Below, one piece after another: positions 20,750-30,522 of a stretch of DNA of 64,000 bases. Where the stretch lies: NCBI GenBank assembly GCA_964291395.2, contig OZ219858.1:448001-512000 (forward strand). The letters run 5' to 3'. The stretch's first letter is position 1. The number at the start of each line of letters is the position of its first letter. The notes beneath the pieces were generated by a model. That model searched no databases, was not told the origin of the DNA, and saw only the letters and a program-made list of their open reading frames with translations. A program made the translations under genes and the position numbers. Source of the stretch: Alphaproteobacteria bacterium (lineage in GTDB: Bacteria > Pseudomonadota > Alphaproteobacteria > UBA2966).

Positions 20750-21171
20750 GCACGCTGTTCAGGATCCTCGAGAGGCTGGGGCGGAAACGCACCTTGATGG
20801 ACCGCGGCCCGTCGCACTCCGCATATCACCTGGCGAAGCCCTGGACGGACCGTTACTACCTGCTGTTCCGCCATCGCCCCCGATGGTTTCCCTTCAACGT
20901 TCTGATCCATCACATTCGGGATGACGATCACGGGGAGGGAATGCACAACCACCCTTGCCCCTACATGACCGTCATTCTCAGGGGCGGGTACTGGGAAACG
21001 ACGGCGGCAGGCCGGTTCTGGAGAGGCCCGGGGTACGTCGGCATCCGTTCGGCCGACGCCGAACACCGGGTGGACCTCGAGCCCGGCACGGAGGCCGTAA
21101 CGCTTTTCTGCCCCGGCCCCTACGGGTTGCGAAAGAACGCGCGGTCGGGCTACGGCACGACGCCGGTCTGA
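20746..21171 (+). CDS. Cupin-like hypothetical protein
   Basis: RYYLLFR..FPFNVLIH..MHNHPCPYMTVILRGGYWE..HRVDL..TLF; GTGA overlap with the upstream gene. Confidence 0.7.
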   Translation: MSTLFRILERLGRKRTLMDRGPSHSAYHLAKPWTDRYYLLFRHRPRWFPFNVLIHHIRDDDHGEGMHNHPCPYMTVILRGGYWETTAAGRFWRGPGYVGIRSADAEHRVDLEPGTEAVTLFCPGPYGLRKNARSGYGTTPV

Positions 21172-21376
21172 CACCGGCCGCCGGGCTCGCAACGGTTCGA
21201 GTTGGGCCATCGACGTGACGAAGATTCCGCGGATCTTCATCCGTTCCGTAACGGTCGAAACCGCATGATCAGGAGACGACGCGTCGTCTCTCAAGCCCGC
21301 TATGCATGCTCACATGAACGACAATGAATGCTCGACTCGACAGCGATTTGGCGTGCCGTTCGGTGTTCCCCCGAAC

Positions 21377-22786
21377 CTACCCAATGGAGGGCCGCTTGTC
21401 TGCCCACGGGCGGATGGCTTCGAAGGCGGCGGACGCCTGCAGGACGGTCAGGTCCGCAAAGCGCTTGCCCACCACCTGCAGGCCCACCGGGAGTCCGTCT
21501 TCGGTGAACCCGCAGGGCACGCTGGCCGCCGGGTTGCCGCTGAAGTTGAAGGGATATGAGAATTCGGCCCATACCGTCCAGTCCCAGTCGTGCCTCGGCC
21601 AATGTGACGGCTGGAGTTGGTCGGCGGGGAACGCAGCGACGGACACGGCAGGCGTGAGCAACAGATCCCAATCGTCGAACCAGCGGTGCACCGAGCAGAC
21701 ATAGTCGAGCTTCCTCTGGCGCATGTTCATGTAATCCTCGGCGGAGTATCTCTCCGCGTCGCGGATACAGGCGACCAGACCCGGGTCCATCTTCCCCTCC
21801 CACTCAGGCAGGAAGTGGGCGTAGCGCAAGACGTGCGCGGCCCAGAAGAACCGGATCAGCTCGGGTCCGTCGGGTCCGAACGGAGGCGTTACCTCCCCGA
21901 CGGTCGCGCCCAACTCTTCGAAGGCGGCCACAGCGCCGGCGACCGGATCGGCGACGTCCGGGTCAACCCGGGCATGACCGAGATCGGGACTGTAGGCGAC
22001 CTTGAGTCCCGCGACACCATCGGCGCACCGGGCCGGGTAATCGGCGGGCTCCGCCTCCAGACTCGTGTGGTCCCAGCTGTGCGGGCCGGCCATCACCTTC
22101 AACATCATCGCCGAATCAAGGACCGTCCGGGTCATGGGACCCATGTGCGTGGCCTGGTCGTTGTTGTTGACCGGCCAGCATGGAATGCGTCCATAGGTCG
22201 GCTTGAGGCCGAACACCCCGGAGAAGTGCGAGGGCATGCGGATCGACCCGGCGCCGTCGGATCCCTGATGCAGGGGTCCGTAACCGGCCGCGGCGGCCGC
22301 GCCCGCGCCGGCCGAAGAGGCGCCGGCGTTGTATCCGAGCTTCCACGGGTTCGACGTGATGCCGGTGAGCGGACTCTCGCTCACGCCCTTCCAGCCGTAC
22401 TCGGAAGTCGTGGTCTTGCCGAGCACCACGGCCCCCGCCGCCTTCAGACGCGTGACGAAGGGGCTGTCCTCGTCCGGCACGTAACCCTTGCGCGTGTGCG
22501 ATCCGAATTCCGTGGGAACGCCGGCGGTGACCACCAGGTCCTTGATGGTCGCCGGAATACCGTGAAGGACCCCGAGGGTGTCGCCACGCATGACCGCGGC
22601 TTCCGCTTCCTTTGCGGCTGCCATGGCGGCGTCGGCGGTCAGCGTGGCAAAGGCATTCAGCTTGGGCTCGAGGGCGTCGATGCGCGCGAGCACGGCGCGC
22701 GTCACCTCGACGGGCGAGACGTCCTTTCGCGCGATCCGCTCGCGCAATAGCGAGGCGGGAGTGAAGCAGAGGTCTTCATCGCTCAT
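21377..22786 (-). CDS. Amidase (amidase-signature family)
   Basis: GIPATIKD, GKTTTSEYG, GASSAGA, GSDGAGSIRMP, GLKPT. Confidence 0.92.
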   Translation of the reverse strand: MSDEDLCFTPASLLRERIARKDVSPVEVTRAVLARIDALEPKLNAFATLTADAAMAAAKEAEAAVMRGDTLGVLHGIPATIKDLVVTAGVPTEFGSHTRKGYVPDEDSPFVTRLKAAGAVVLGKTTTSEYGWKGVSESPLTGITSNPWKLGYNAGASSAGAGAAAAAGYGPLHQGSDGAGSIRMPSHFSGVFGLKPTYGRIPCWPVNNNDQATHMGPMTRTVLDSAMMLKVMAGPHSWDHTSLEAEPADYPARCADGVAGLKVAYSPDLGHARVDPDVADPVAGAVAAFEELGATVGEVTPPFGPDGPELIRFFWAAHVLRYAHFLPEWEGKMDPGLVACIRDAERYSAEDYMNMRQRKLDYVCSVHRWFDDWDLLLTPAVSVAAFPADQLQPSHWPRHDWDWTVWAEFSYPFNFSGNPAASVPCGFTEDGLPVGLQVVGKRFADLTVLQASAAFEAIRPWADKRPSIG

Positions 22787-23043
22787 GAGGCGACTTTCGG
22801 GAAATCATGAACAACAGGGGCGCGCTCGGATCTGCCCCGCGCGTGCCGGACCGCCGGCTACGGTACTGGCTGAAGCAGGCGGAGTCGATGACGCTGGGAT
22901 GCGACGAACCGGCGGGCCCGGAAGGCCGCCCGGAATCGCCGAGGGGTAACCGCCATCCCGCGGCTTGGTTGCGCGTTACGGGCCGGCTTGGTCTATGCTT
23001 GGGCGTCTTCAGTGTCAGGGAAGCTGAATCATCAGGAGGAGCT

Positions 23044-23529
23044 ATGCAGGTCAGGACAATGAGTTGGGCAGCCGGTTCGGCGCTCGCCCTCGCGATGGTG
23101 TTTGTCCTATATGGTCCGGAGCAGGCCGCGCGCGCCGATCAGCACGGCGAGGTGGCGGAGGAGCGCAGCAAGCTCATGAAGGGCATGGGCGGCGCGATGC
23201 GCACCCTCAACGGTTTCGTCAAGGGCAACAAGTCGGCGGAAGAGGCGGCCGGGGCAGCCGCGGTCATCGCGGCGTCGGCTCCGAAGATTGCCGATGTCTT
23301 TCCACCGAACACCGGGATGGGGGCAAACCCCAAGTCCGAGGCGAAGGACGACATCTGGGAAGAATGGGATGCATTCACCGCGGCGGCCTCGCTGCTCGGG
23401 GACAAGGCGGCGACGCTCGAGGCGGCTCTTGCCTCGGGCGACGCAGGGGCCGCTGCCGCCGCTTTCGGCGATCTCGGCAAGAACGGCTGCGGCGGCTGTC
23501 ATAGCAGGTTCCGCGACAAGCGGAACTGA
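23044..23529 (+). CDS. Class II cytochrome c (c'/c556)
   Basis: Signal peptide, RSKLMK, IWEEWDAF, C-terminal CGGCH heme motif; AGGAGG RBS. Confidence 0.88.
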   Translation: MQVRTMSWAAGSALALAMVFVLYGPEQAARADQHGEVAEERSKLMKGMGGAMRTLNGFVKGNKSAEEAAGAAAVIAASAPKIADVFPPNTGMGANPKSEAKDDIWEEWDAFTAAASLLGDKAATLEAALASGDAGAAAAAFGDLGKNGCGGCHSRFRDKRN

Positions 23530-23536
23530 CGCCCGC

Positions 23537-24232
23537 CTAGAAGACGCGCGCCGCGATCTCGATCCCGCCGAGGACCGCCGCTGCGGAGAGCGCGAGAACG
23601 AGGACCGCGCGCCAGTCGGAGACGAGCCGCGGCGGGAACACTCCCTTCGCGATCCGCCCGCGCCCGGTCAGCATCGCCTTGGTGAGGTTCTCGCGCTTGT
23701 AGAGAAGGTGGAACAGCACCGCGGCGATGTGGAGGCCGACCAGAATGAGCAGCCCGTCCACCACCGTGGCGTGCAATTCGGACGCCTCGCGCGCCGCCTC
23801 GTAGCTCACGAGCAGGCTGAGCGGGCCCTCGTGGAGCCCGTCGACGTCGACCGCGAAAAGTCCGAGACTCGTCTGCACGATCAGGACGAGCAGCATCGCC
23901 ACCACGGATAGCCCGCCGAGCGGGTTATGGCCGGCATGTCCGTCCGGCGTACGCCGGAAGAGGGTCGACAGATAGGCGACGATTTCCCGCAACGGACGGA
24001 CGAAGGCGCGAAACCGCGACGGGGCGCTGCCGACGAAACCCCAGACGACCCGAGCGACCACGAGGACGAGAAGGGCTTGCCCCGCCGGGATGTGGATCTC
24101 GAACCGGCCGTTGCGCCCGCTCAGGTAGCAGACCACGACCAGCACGACCAGGACCCAGTGGAAGATCCGGGTCGGACGATCCCAGACCGGCGCCTCCCGA
24201 TGCCCGTCTTCTTGCCCCGTATCTGCCGCCAT
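23537..24232 (-). CDS. Cytochrome b/b561 (Ni-hydrogenase-type) membrane protein
   Basis: VWDRPTRIFHW, GHNPLGG, LHIAAV, ENLTKAMLTG; convergent with cytochrome c'. Confidence 0.88.
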   Translation of the reverse strand: MAADTGQEDGHREAPVWDRPTRIFHWVLVVLVVVCYLSGRNGRFEIHIPAGQALLVLVVARVVWGFVGSAPSRFRAFVRPLREIVAYLSTLFRRTPDGHAGHNPLGGLSVVAMLLVLIVQTSLGLFAVDVDGLHEGPLSLLVSYEAAREASELHATVVDGLLILVGLHIAAVLFHLLYKRENLTKAMLTGRGRIAKGVFPPRLVSDWRAVLVLALSAAAVLGGIEIAARVF

Positions 24233-24277
24233 GCCGCCTTCGTCGCGTACCGACCCTCTACAACCTCATCGCCACCC

Positions 24278-24656
24278 GAGAGCTGCAAGCCGACCGGGCT
24301 AGCCCGCGGGACGCCGCCATCGGGCAACGCATGCCGGATGCGCGAATACCTTACGTCAGCCTATAGAGCCCCGCACCATGAGTCATACAGGCATTTGTAG
24401 CCGATCAGGCAGTACGGGACGGTAGACCGCCTGTTTGTTCAGCAGGTGTACCCGGGCAGCCGCCCGCGCCTAACGGGCGACGCTGCGGTTCCACTGGTCG
24501 TACCACGCCGGGATGTCGACCTTCCCGTAGTCGACGCGGTACTCCTTGGCGATCTCCGCCGGATCGAGGACGGCCATCCCGGAAAGGATCGGATCCTGAG
24601 CCAGGCGCGGATAGGCCTTGTTGTTCGCCGGAATCGTGCCCGCCCGGTCGGACTGC
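24278..24656. repeat. ~380-bp direct repeat, copy 1
   Basis: Aligns by eye with 33225..33599; 24455..24538 is identical to 33398..33481 (84 bp). Confidence 0.95.
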
Positions 24657-24812
24657 TGGAACTGCGTCTCCTCGTCCAGATAGCCGTTGATGTAGGCGTG
24701 CGCGGCGGCCCGGTTCTTCGGATCGCTGCTTTTCACGATGGTGAGATAACCGAACGCGTTCACGCCGACATGTTCGTCGCCGATCACCGGATGGACGAAC
24801 TTCAGATTCGTT
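24470..24812 (-). pseudogene. 3' fragment of an ABC extracellular solute-binding protein (PotD/PotF-like)
   Basis: NLKFVHP...IVKSSDPKNRAAAHAYINGYLDEETQ...IPANNKA...AWYDQWNRSVAR*; no signal peptide or N-terminal two-thirds. Confidence 0.65.
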
Positions 24813-24864
24813 TGCCCGGACGTGGGAACGGGGCCAGGTGTCCGGGAGAATCGCGGCCCTGTGG

Positions 24865-25893
24865 CTATCCCATCTTCAGCAGCAGACGTCCGAAGAACTT
24901 GCGGCTTTCCATGACCCGCTGGGCTTCCGCCGCCTCGGCCAAGGGAAATACCGCGTGTACCGGGGGTTTCGGCAGGTCCTTGCACCGCGCCGCGAACACG
25001 CCGGCGAGGATGGCGCGCGTGTAGCGCCCACAGCCGTGGATCGAAACGTGCCGGCGAAAGAGGTCCACCATGTCGACTTCCATTCTCTCACCACCGTGGG
25101 CCCCCACAACCACCGCCCTTCCACCCCATCTCAGGGCCTGCACGCCTGCCAACAGGTTGGGGCCGGAGGCCACGTCGAACACCGCATCGAGGCCGTTGCC
25201 GCCAGTGATGCGCTCCAGGGCATCGGCCATAGGCTCGGCACTGTAGTTGATCACTTCGTCGGCACCCAGTGCCTTCAACCTTGCGTTCTTTTCGTCCGAT
25301 CCCGTTGCGGCGACGACCCGTGCCTCGAGATGCTTTGCCAGCACAACGGCGGCGGAACCGACGCCACCGCCGGCGCCGGTTACCAGGATGTTCTCGCCGG
25401 CCCGAAGAGCGGCCGTTTCCACCAAGCCCTCCCACGCGGTGGCGAGCTTGTAGGAGGCAATGGCGTCTTCGAACGAGAGCACATCCGGCAGCGCCACCAC
25501 TTGGTGTTCGCGCACGATAATTTTCTCGGCGTAGGCGCCCCAGTGCTGTCCGCCCAGCGTCGTCACCCGGGCACACATGTTCTCCTGGCCCGACCGGCAA
25601 CCAGGGCAATCCCCGCAGGTCCGGAAGGCGAAGGTGCCGACCCGCTGGCCCACCACCCAACCCTTTACCCTCGCGCCGACCGCGTCGATGGTGCCCACGC
25701 CCTCGGTACCAAGCACGTGCGGGAAGGCCACCTTCATCCCGGACCGGCCGTTGCGGATATCGAGATCGAGATGATTGAGCGCAGCGTGATCGAGGCGAAT
25801 CACCACTTCGTTCGGTGCAGGCTCGCGCTCGGGCACCTCGCGGTGCCTGAGCACTTCGGGTCCGCCAAAGCGGTCGATGACGACTGCTCTCAT
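24865..25893 (-). CDS. Zinc-binding alcohol dehydrogenase / MDR-family oxidoreductase
   Basis: FGGPEVL, ALNHLD, LGTEGVG, CGDCPGCRSGQENMC structural-zinc motif, GAGGGVG. Confidence 0.9.
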   Translation of the reverse strand: MRAVVIDRFGGPEVLRHREVPEREPAPNEVVIRLDHAALNHLDLDIRNGRSGMKVAFPHVLGTEGVGTIDAVGARVKGWVVGQRVGTFAFRTCGDCPGCRSGQENMCARVTTLGGQHWGAYAEKIIVREHQVVALPDVLSFEDAIASYKLATAWEGLVETAALRAGENILVTGAGGGVGSAAVVLAKHLEARVVAATGSDEKNARLKALGADEVINYSAEPMADALERITGGNGLDAVFDVASGPNLLAGVQALRWGGRAVVVGAHGGERMEVDMVDLFRRHVSIHGCGRYTRAILAGVFAARCKDLPKPPVHAVFPLAEAAEAQRVMESRKFFGRLLLKMG

Positions 25894-25914
25894 GGAGATC
25901 GTGTCTGACAGGTT

Positions 25915-26811
25915 CTAGCGTCTTCGTGCAATGCGCAACCGTGCACCACGCCGCTCCAGAAGCGAAGGCAGCAGGACGCCAAAGACGACCATGCCAATGG
26001 CCGCTGCGTCCGCCATCGTGACCGGCGTACCAAGATAACCCCACGCCATGACCGCGCCCATGGGGGCGACCAGGGACACGAACAGTCCCACCTGTCCCAC
26101 AGGCAAGTGGCGCAGAGAGAAGTTATAGAGGACGAAGGGGATCGCGCCGCCCATGACGCCGATGAAGCCGATGAGCGCGGCAATCTCGTAATCGAAGCGC
26201 GCGAGATAGACGGGCGGGCGCTCGAAAGTCACGAGCACGAGCAGGCTGAGGAGCGCGGCCACTGTGAGCTGCAGCGCGCTCACGGCGGCCGCGCTTCCGT
26301 GGGTCTGTGCCACCCGGCGGGCGACGAGCTGGTTGGCACAGATGAACAGAACGGCAACGACACACAGCAAATCGCCCTTGAGCGAGCCGCCGCCATGATC
26401 GCCTTGCCCCTGGACCAGGAGAACGGTTCCTGCGACGGCGGTGACGGCGCCGAGGAGAATGCCTGCCCGAAGGGGCTCCCGCAGCACGAGCCAGCCGAGC
26501 ACGGGCATGAGGATCGGCACGGTGCCGATGATGACGCTGGCGCTGACGACGCTCGTGTTGGCGACCCCCCAGACCAGGAACAGCGCGGCCATGCCGGGTT
26601 CCAGCAGGCCCATGACGATCGGTCCGGGTCCGACGCGCCTGAGCCCTCCGAGCTGGCCCGCCGTTGCCGCCAGCAGGAACATCAGGACCGCGCCGATGAG
26701 GAAGCGCATGCCGGTGATCTCGGTCACCGCCAGGAATTCGACGGCCAGCTTGTTGGCGACCATCGTCGATGCCCAGCAGGCGGTTGCCAGGACTATGGCG
26801 AGTATGGGCAT
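25915..26811 (-). CDS. DMT/EamA-family transporter
   Basis: About ten hydrophobic helices in two repeats; LVLREPL, GDLL motifs. Confidence 0.85.
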   Translation of the reverse strand: MPILAIVLATACWASTMVANKLAVEFLAVTEITGMRFLIGAVLMFLLAATAGQLGGLRRVGPGPIVMGLLEPGMAALFLVWGVANTSVVSASVIIGTVPILMPVLGWLVLREPLRAGILLGAVTAVAGTVLLVQGQGDHGGGSLKGDLLCVVAVLFICANQLVARRVAQTHGSAAAVSALQLTVAALLSLLVLVTFERPPVYLARFDYEIAALIGFIGVMGGAIPFVLYNFSLRHLPVGQVGLFVSLVAPMGAVMAWGYLGTPVTMADAAAIGMVVFGVLLPSLLERRGARLRIARRR

Positions 26812-26878
26812 GCCGGCGTGTCAATGATGGTGAGCAGCGCTGCCGCCCACCTTGTGGATTGGGAGAGGGTGATCGGAC

Positions 26879-28015
26879 TTAAGCGCTTTCGCCAGCCGCG
26901 TTGCGGTCCTTGCGCCACAGCGAATCCTGTCGCGGCACGGCCACGTACTGGTCCGGCCAGCCGCCGTCGCGCATTCCCAGCTCCTGTGATGCGTGGAGAG
27001 TCCAATACGAGTCGCGAAGGTGGCCGCGGGCCATGGCGACGAGATCGGCGTCGCCCCGTTCGAGAATGCCCTCCACCTCCTCCACCGTATTGATATTCCC
27101 GACCGCCATGGTCGCGACGCCTGCCTCTTGCCTGATGCGCCGGGCGTAAGGGACGTATCCGAGGGGTGCCGGCCGAGGGATCATCGACCGGCCCGTGATG
27201 GCACCCGCGGACGCGGTGATGTAGTCGACACCGTGTTCCCTGAACAGTTTGGAGATTTCCACCGCGTCGTCGTCCGTATTCCCGCCTTCGATGCCATCGA
27301 TCGCCGAGATCCGCACGCCAACCGGCATGTCGTCCGGCACCTCCGCGCGTACGGCGTCAGCCACCCGCAGGGAGAAGCGCATGCGGTTGGGCAGGCCGCC
27401 TCCATATTCGTCGTTGCGCTTGTTGGAGATCGGCGACATGAACCCGGACATCAGATATCCGTGCGCACCGTGGAGCTCGATCAAGTCGAACCCCGCAGCG
27501 GCCGCACGGCGGGCGGCGGCACCGAACTGACCGACGACCTCGTCGATCATTGCCTGGTCCATGGCCTTGGGGACCTGATTGTCCTCGTCGTAGGGTTCCG
27601 CGGTCGGTGCGATGACCTCCCAGTTTCCCGATTCCAGGGGTTGGTTCTGGCCCAGCCATAGCGGTTTGGTGGAGGCCTTCCGCCCGGCATGTCCCAGCTG
27701 AATCCCGATCCTGGAATTGGTGCGCCGGTGAACGAACTCCGTAATGCGCCGCCATGCGTCGGCCTGCTCGTCCGTGTAGATGCCGGTGCATCCCGGTGTA
27801 ATGCGTCCGATGGGCGAGACGGCCGTCATCTCCGCAATGACCAGTCCGGCGCCGCCGACCGCTCGGGACCCCAGGTGAACCAGGTGCCAGTCGTTGGGAA
27901 CGCCCCCTTCGGCCGAATACTGGCACATGGGCGAAACGACGACGCGGTTGGGGAGCTCCAGCCCGCGGAGGGTATACGGCGATAGTGTGAGCGAGACTTC
28001 GTGCGGCTCTGTCAT
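26879..28015 (-). CDS. NADH:flavin oxidoreductase (Old Yellow Enzyme family)
   Basis: NRVVVSPMCQYSA, QLGHAGRKAS, ELHGAHGYL, NKRNDEYGG. Confidence 0.92.
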   Translation of the reverse strand: MTEPHEVSLTLSPYTLRGLELPNRVVVSPMCQYSAEGGVPNDWHLVHLGSRAVGGAGLVIAEMTAVSPIGRITPGCTGIYTDEQADAWRRITEFVHRRTNSRIGIQLGHAGRKASTKPLWLGQNQPLESGNWEVIAPTAEPYDEDNQVPKAMDQAMIDEVVGQFGAAARRAAAAGFDLIELHGAHGYLMSGFMSPISNKRNDEYGGGLPNRMRFSLRVADAVRAEVPDDMPVGVRISAIDGIEGGNTDDDAVEISKLFREHGVDYITASAGAITGRSMIPRPAPLGYVPYARRIRQEAGVATMAVGNINTVEEVEGILERGDADLVAMARGHLRDSYWTLHASQELGMRDGGWPDQYVAVPRQDSLWRKDRNAAGESA

Positions 28016-28119
28016 GCGGAGATACTTTCTTTAGGGCGCGGTCAAGACTAGCGATCAACCAGACCACCGCACGGTGCGGGTACCGGTACCTGCGCAACGG
28101 CGGCGGTCTCAAAGTCGCG

Positions 28120-28212
28120 GCGCGGATCGTCGTTGGTGGGCTTGTTGGCCAGGGTGCTCACGGGATGGGCGGTCATTGTGTCCGCCGGGTACGGGCCGAG
28201 CGGCGGCGCCTT
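28120..28212 (-). pseudogene. C-terminal remnant of an SOS response-associated peptidase (SRAP/YedK)
   Basis: LGPYPADTMTAHPVSTLANKPTNDDPR resembles the remembered SRAP C-terminal consensus (PYPA..M.A.PVS..VN.P.NDDP). Confidence 0.5.
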
Positions 28213-28219
28213 GACCCAA

Positions 28220-28702
28220 TCAATCACTCGGCAGAAATTCGTCGTGGCCTCCGGCGGAAGGCCCGCCTTCGCGCCAGGAGAATATCTCCCAAAGGTAGCC
28301 GTCCGGATCCTTGAAGTAGGCCGCATAGACGTTCCAAGGGTACGCCTTCGGCTCACCCAGGAAGGGAACATCGTTACGGACCAAACGGGCATAGTGATGG
28401 TCGACAGCGCTCGTTGTCGGAAGTTCGCATGCAAGCATGATGCTCTGCGTTCCCTCAGGTCGAGGCGCCAGCTCACAGCCGATTGACCGCTCGACGTGCG
28501 AAGCTTCCCACAAGGCCAGGATCGCGCGGTCGGTCTTGAAGCAGGCGAAACCCTCGTTCGTGCGATAGAGTTCAAGGCCTACCTGGTCGCGGTAGAAGGC
28601 AAGGGAACGCTCAACGTCGCTCACGAGCAATGTCGGCGCGGTGAGGGACAATGACTCCACTACGTCGTTGGGGGTGTTGGAGTTTTCTTGGTCCCTAGGC
28701 AT
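28220..28702 (-). CDS. VOC/glyoxalase-family protein (third of three paralogues)
   Basis: LLVSDVERSLAFYRDQVG...WNVYAAYFKDPDGYLWEI. Confidence 0.88.
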   Translation of the reverse strand: MPRDQENSNTPNDVVESLSLTAPTLLVSDVERSLAFYRDQVGLELYRTNEGFACFKTDRAILALWEASHVERSIGCELAPRPEGTQSIMLACELPTTSAVDHHYARLVRNDVPFLGEPKAYPWNVYAAYFKDPDGYLWEIFSWREGGPSAGGHDEFLPSD

Positions 28703-29135
28703 CGTCAACCGGGATATTTTGGGGTGGCCCCCCTTCTGCCCAAGTGTAGATCTCCCACAGATTCCCGTCGGGATCGGCGAAGTAGGCTGCGTAGGCATTC
28801 CAATCGTGCATACGGGGCGGATTGAGAAACTCTATGCCCCGTTCCTTTAGCTTGAAATACTGATCATCCACGGCTTCCCTTGATTGGAGATGACAGGCCA
28901 CGATCGAGCCCTGATACGGGTCGATGAGTTCAGCGCTCCGATACCCGAGCGCCTCTTCGACCTGCGCCACTTCCCAGAGAGCGAGGTCTGCGCCGACGCC
29001 CCGAATGTTTGCAAATCCCTTGTTCACGCGCGTCGGTGTCATGCCCATCTTATTTATGTAGAAGTCCAGCGATCGTTGGATGTCTTCGACCAGCAGGCAT
29101 GCCGCGTTGAGGGAGAGCTCCTTGAGTTCACTCAC
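28695..29135 (-). CDS. VOC/glyoxalase-family protein (second of three paralogues)
   Basis: LLVEDIQRSLDFY...WNAYAAYFADPDGNLWEI. Confidence 0.88.
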   Translation of the reverse strand: MSELKELSLNAACLLVEDIQRSLDFYINKMGMTPTRVNKGFANIRGVGADLALWEVAQVEEALGYRSAELIDPYQGSIVACHLQSREAVDDQYFKLKERGIEFLNPPRMHDWNAYAAYFADPDGNLWEIYTWAEGGPPQNIPVDDA

Positions 29136-29171
29136 ATTCCTGCTCCCGTATTCCTTAATTGCATCTCGCGG

Positions 29172-29612
29172 CTAAGCCTCATCTACAGGAATGTCTTCTG
29201 GTGGGCCGCCTTCCTGCCATGTGAAGAGCTCCCAAATGTTTCCGTCGGGATCGGCGAAGTAGACCGCATAGACATTCCAATCATGAGACTGGGGAGGAGC
29301 AACAAACTCGACTCCTCGGGAACTCAGCTCATCGTGCCAGGCATCCACCTGCCGGGGAGAATCGAGACGGCAGGCAATCATCATTTTTCGCAGCTTGCCG
29401 TCGATGGCACCCGCATTGATGCCGAGCCCTTCGCGGACAAGGCCCGCTTCCCACAGGGCGAGATCCGCGATCGGGGATTCGAACTTGCCGAACCCCTTGT
29501 TGACCCTGATCAGATCGAGGCCAACCTTATCGCGGTAGAACTTGATGGATCGCTGGACATCCTCGACGACCAGCGCGATGGAAGTGATTGGCAGCTTTTC
29601 ATCCTGACCCAT
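29172..29612 (-). CDS. VOC/glyoxalase-family protein (first of three paralogues)
   Basis: LVVEDVQRSIKFYRDKVG...WNVYAVYFADPDGNIWEL; start may be 29624. Confidence 0.88.
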   Translation of the reverse strand: MGQDEKLPITSIALVVEDVQRSIKFYRDKVGLDLIRVNKGFGKFESPIADLALWEAGLVREGLGINAGAIDGKLRKMMIACRLDSPRQVDAWHDELSSRGVEFVAPPQSHDWNVYAVYFADPDGNIWELFTWQEGGPPEDIPVDEA

Positions 29613-29688
29613 TGTGAGCCCCATCTTGGTCCGGTCCTTGATGTTGCGGCTTACCGGTTTCCAGTTCGCCGAGGATTTTCCCTCCGCA

Positions 29689-30522
29689 TCACGTTTGCTG
29701 TCCGGTGTCCCACCTGATTACCAGACGCTCAGCCAGGCTGACAAAGGAGAAGAACAGGACTGCCAGTCCTGAGGACAGGAAGATCGTCGCGTAGAGCAGC
29801 GCCGATCGATAATTGAAGGTGGCATCGATGATCAGTGCGCCGAGACCGAAGTTCGAGCCGATCCACTCCCCAACGATTGCGCCGATGACGCACGTCGTTG
29901 ATGCGATCTTGAGCGCAGCAAATAGGTAGGGAAGGGATCTGTAAACGCGGATTTTCCAGAAGACCTCCCACTCGCTTGCGGACAGCACGCGCATGAGTTC
30001 CAGCTCCTGCGGAGTCACTGATTTCAGGCCGCGGATGACATTGACCAGGGTCGGGAAAAAGGAAATCAGGGCGGCGATCGCAACCTTGGGCGCATAGCCC
30101 GTGCCGAATATCAGCACAAGGATCGGCGCGATCGCGAGTATCGGTATCGTGTTGATGAACACGGCGATCGGGTAGAACGCGCGCTCGACGGTCGCGTTGT
30201 GTACGAACGCAACAGAAATGATGATCGCGACAGTGTTGCCGGCTACGAATCCGGCCAAGCTTTCAAGCGCAGTCGGGATGAAGTTCTGAAAAAGGACCGG
30301 ACCCCATTCCACAAATGTCTTTGCGATCGCGACCGGTGTCGGTGCGATGTACTCCGGAACCCCGAACACAACGATTCCCACCTGCCAAAGCACGAGGATA
30401 CCCGCCGCAGCAAGCCACGGCGCGGACTTTTCGAGGGCCGGACGCCTTGGCGGGGACGAGGTGCTTCCTTGCTCTCGCATATCTGCCGGGCTTGTCGCCT
30501 GACTGCTCTTCTTGATCAGCAC
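29689..30522 (-). CDS. NitT/TauT-family ABC transporter permease
   Basis: [33 protein letters not shown]. Confidence 0.9.
   Translation of the reverse strand: MLIKKSSQATSPADMREQGSTSSPPRRPALEKSAPWLAAAGILVLWQVGIVVFGVPEYIAPTPVAIAKTFVEWGPVLFQNFIPTALESLAGFVAGNTVAIIISVAFVHNATVERAFYPIAVFINTIPILAIAPILVLIFGTGYAPKVAIAALISFFPTLVNVIRGLKSVTPQELELMRVLSASEWEVFWKIRVYRSLPYLFAALKIASTTCVIGAIVGEWIGSNFGLGALIIDATFNYRSALLYATIFLSSGLAVLFFSFVSLAERLVIRWDTGQQT

Noticed and set aside
21194-21208. GGTTCGAGTTGGGCC, resembling the tRNA-Leu T-arm (possible attR)
   Set aside because: Short match with mismatches and no acceptor-stem/CCA continuation; compatible with chance.
22850-22910. RLRYWLKQAE peptide reminiscent of IS3 OrfA
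   Set aside because: Ten residues only, with no terminal inverted repeats or further transposase sequence.
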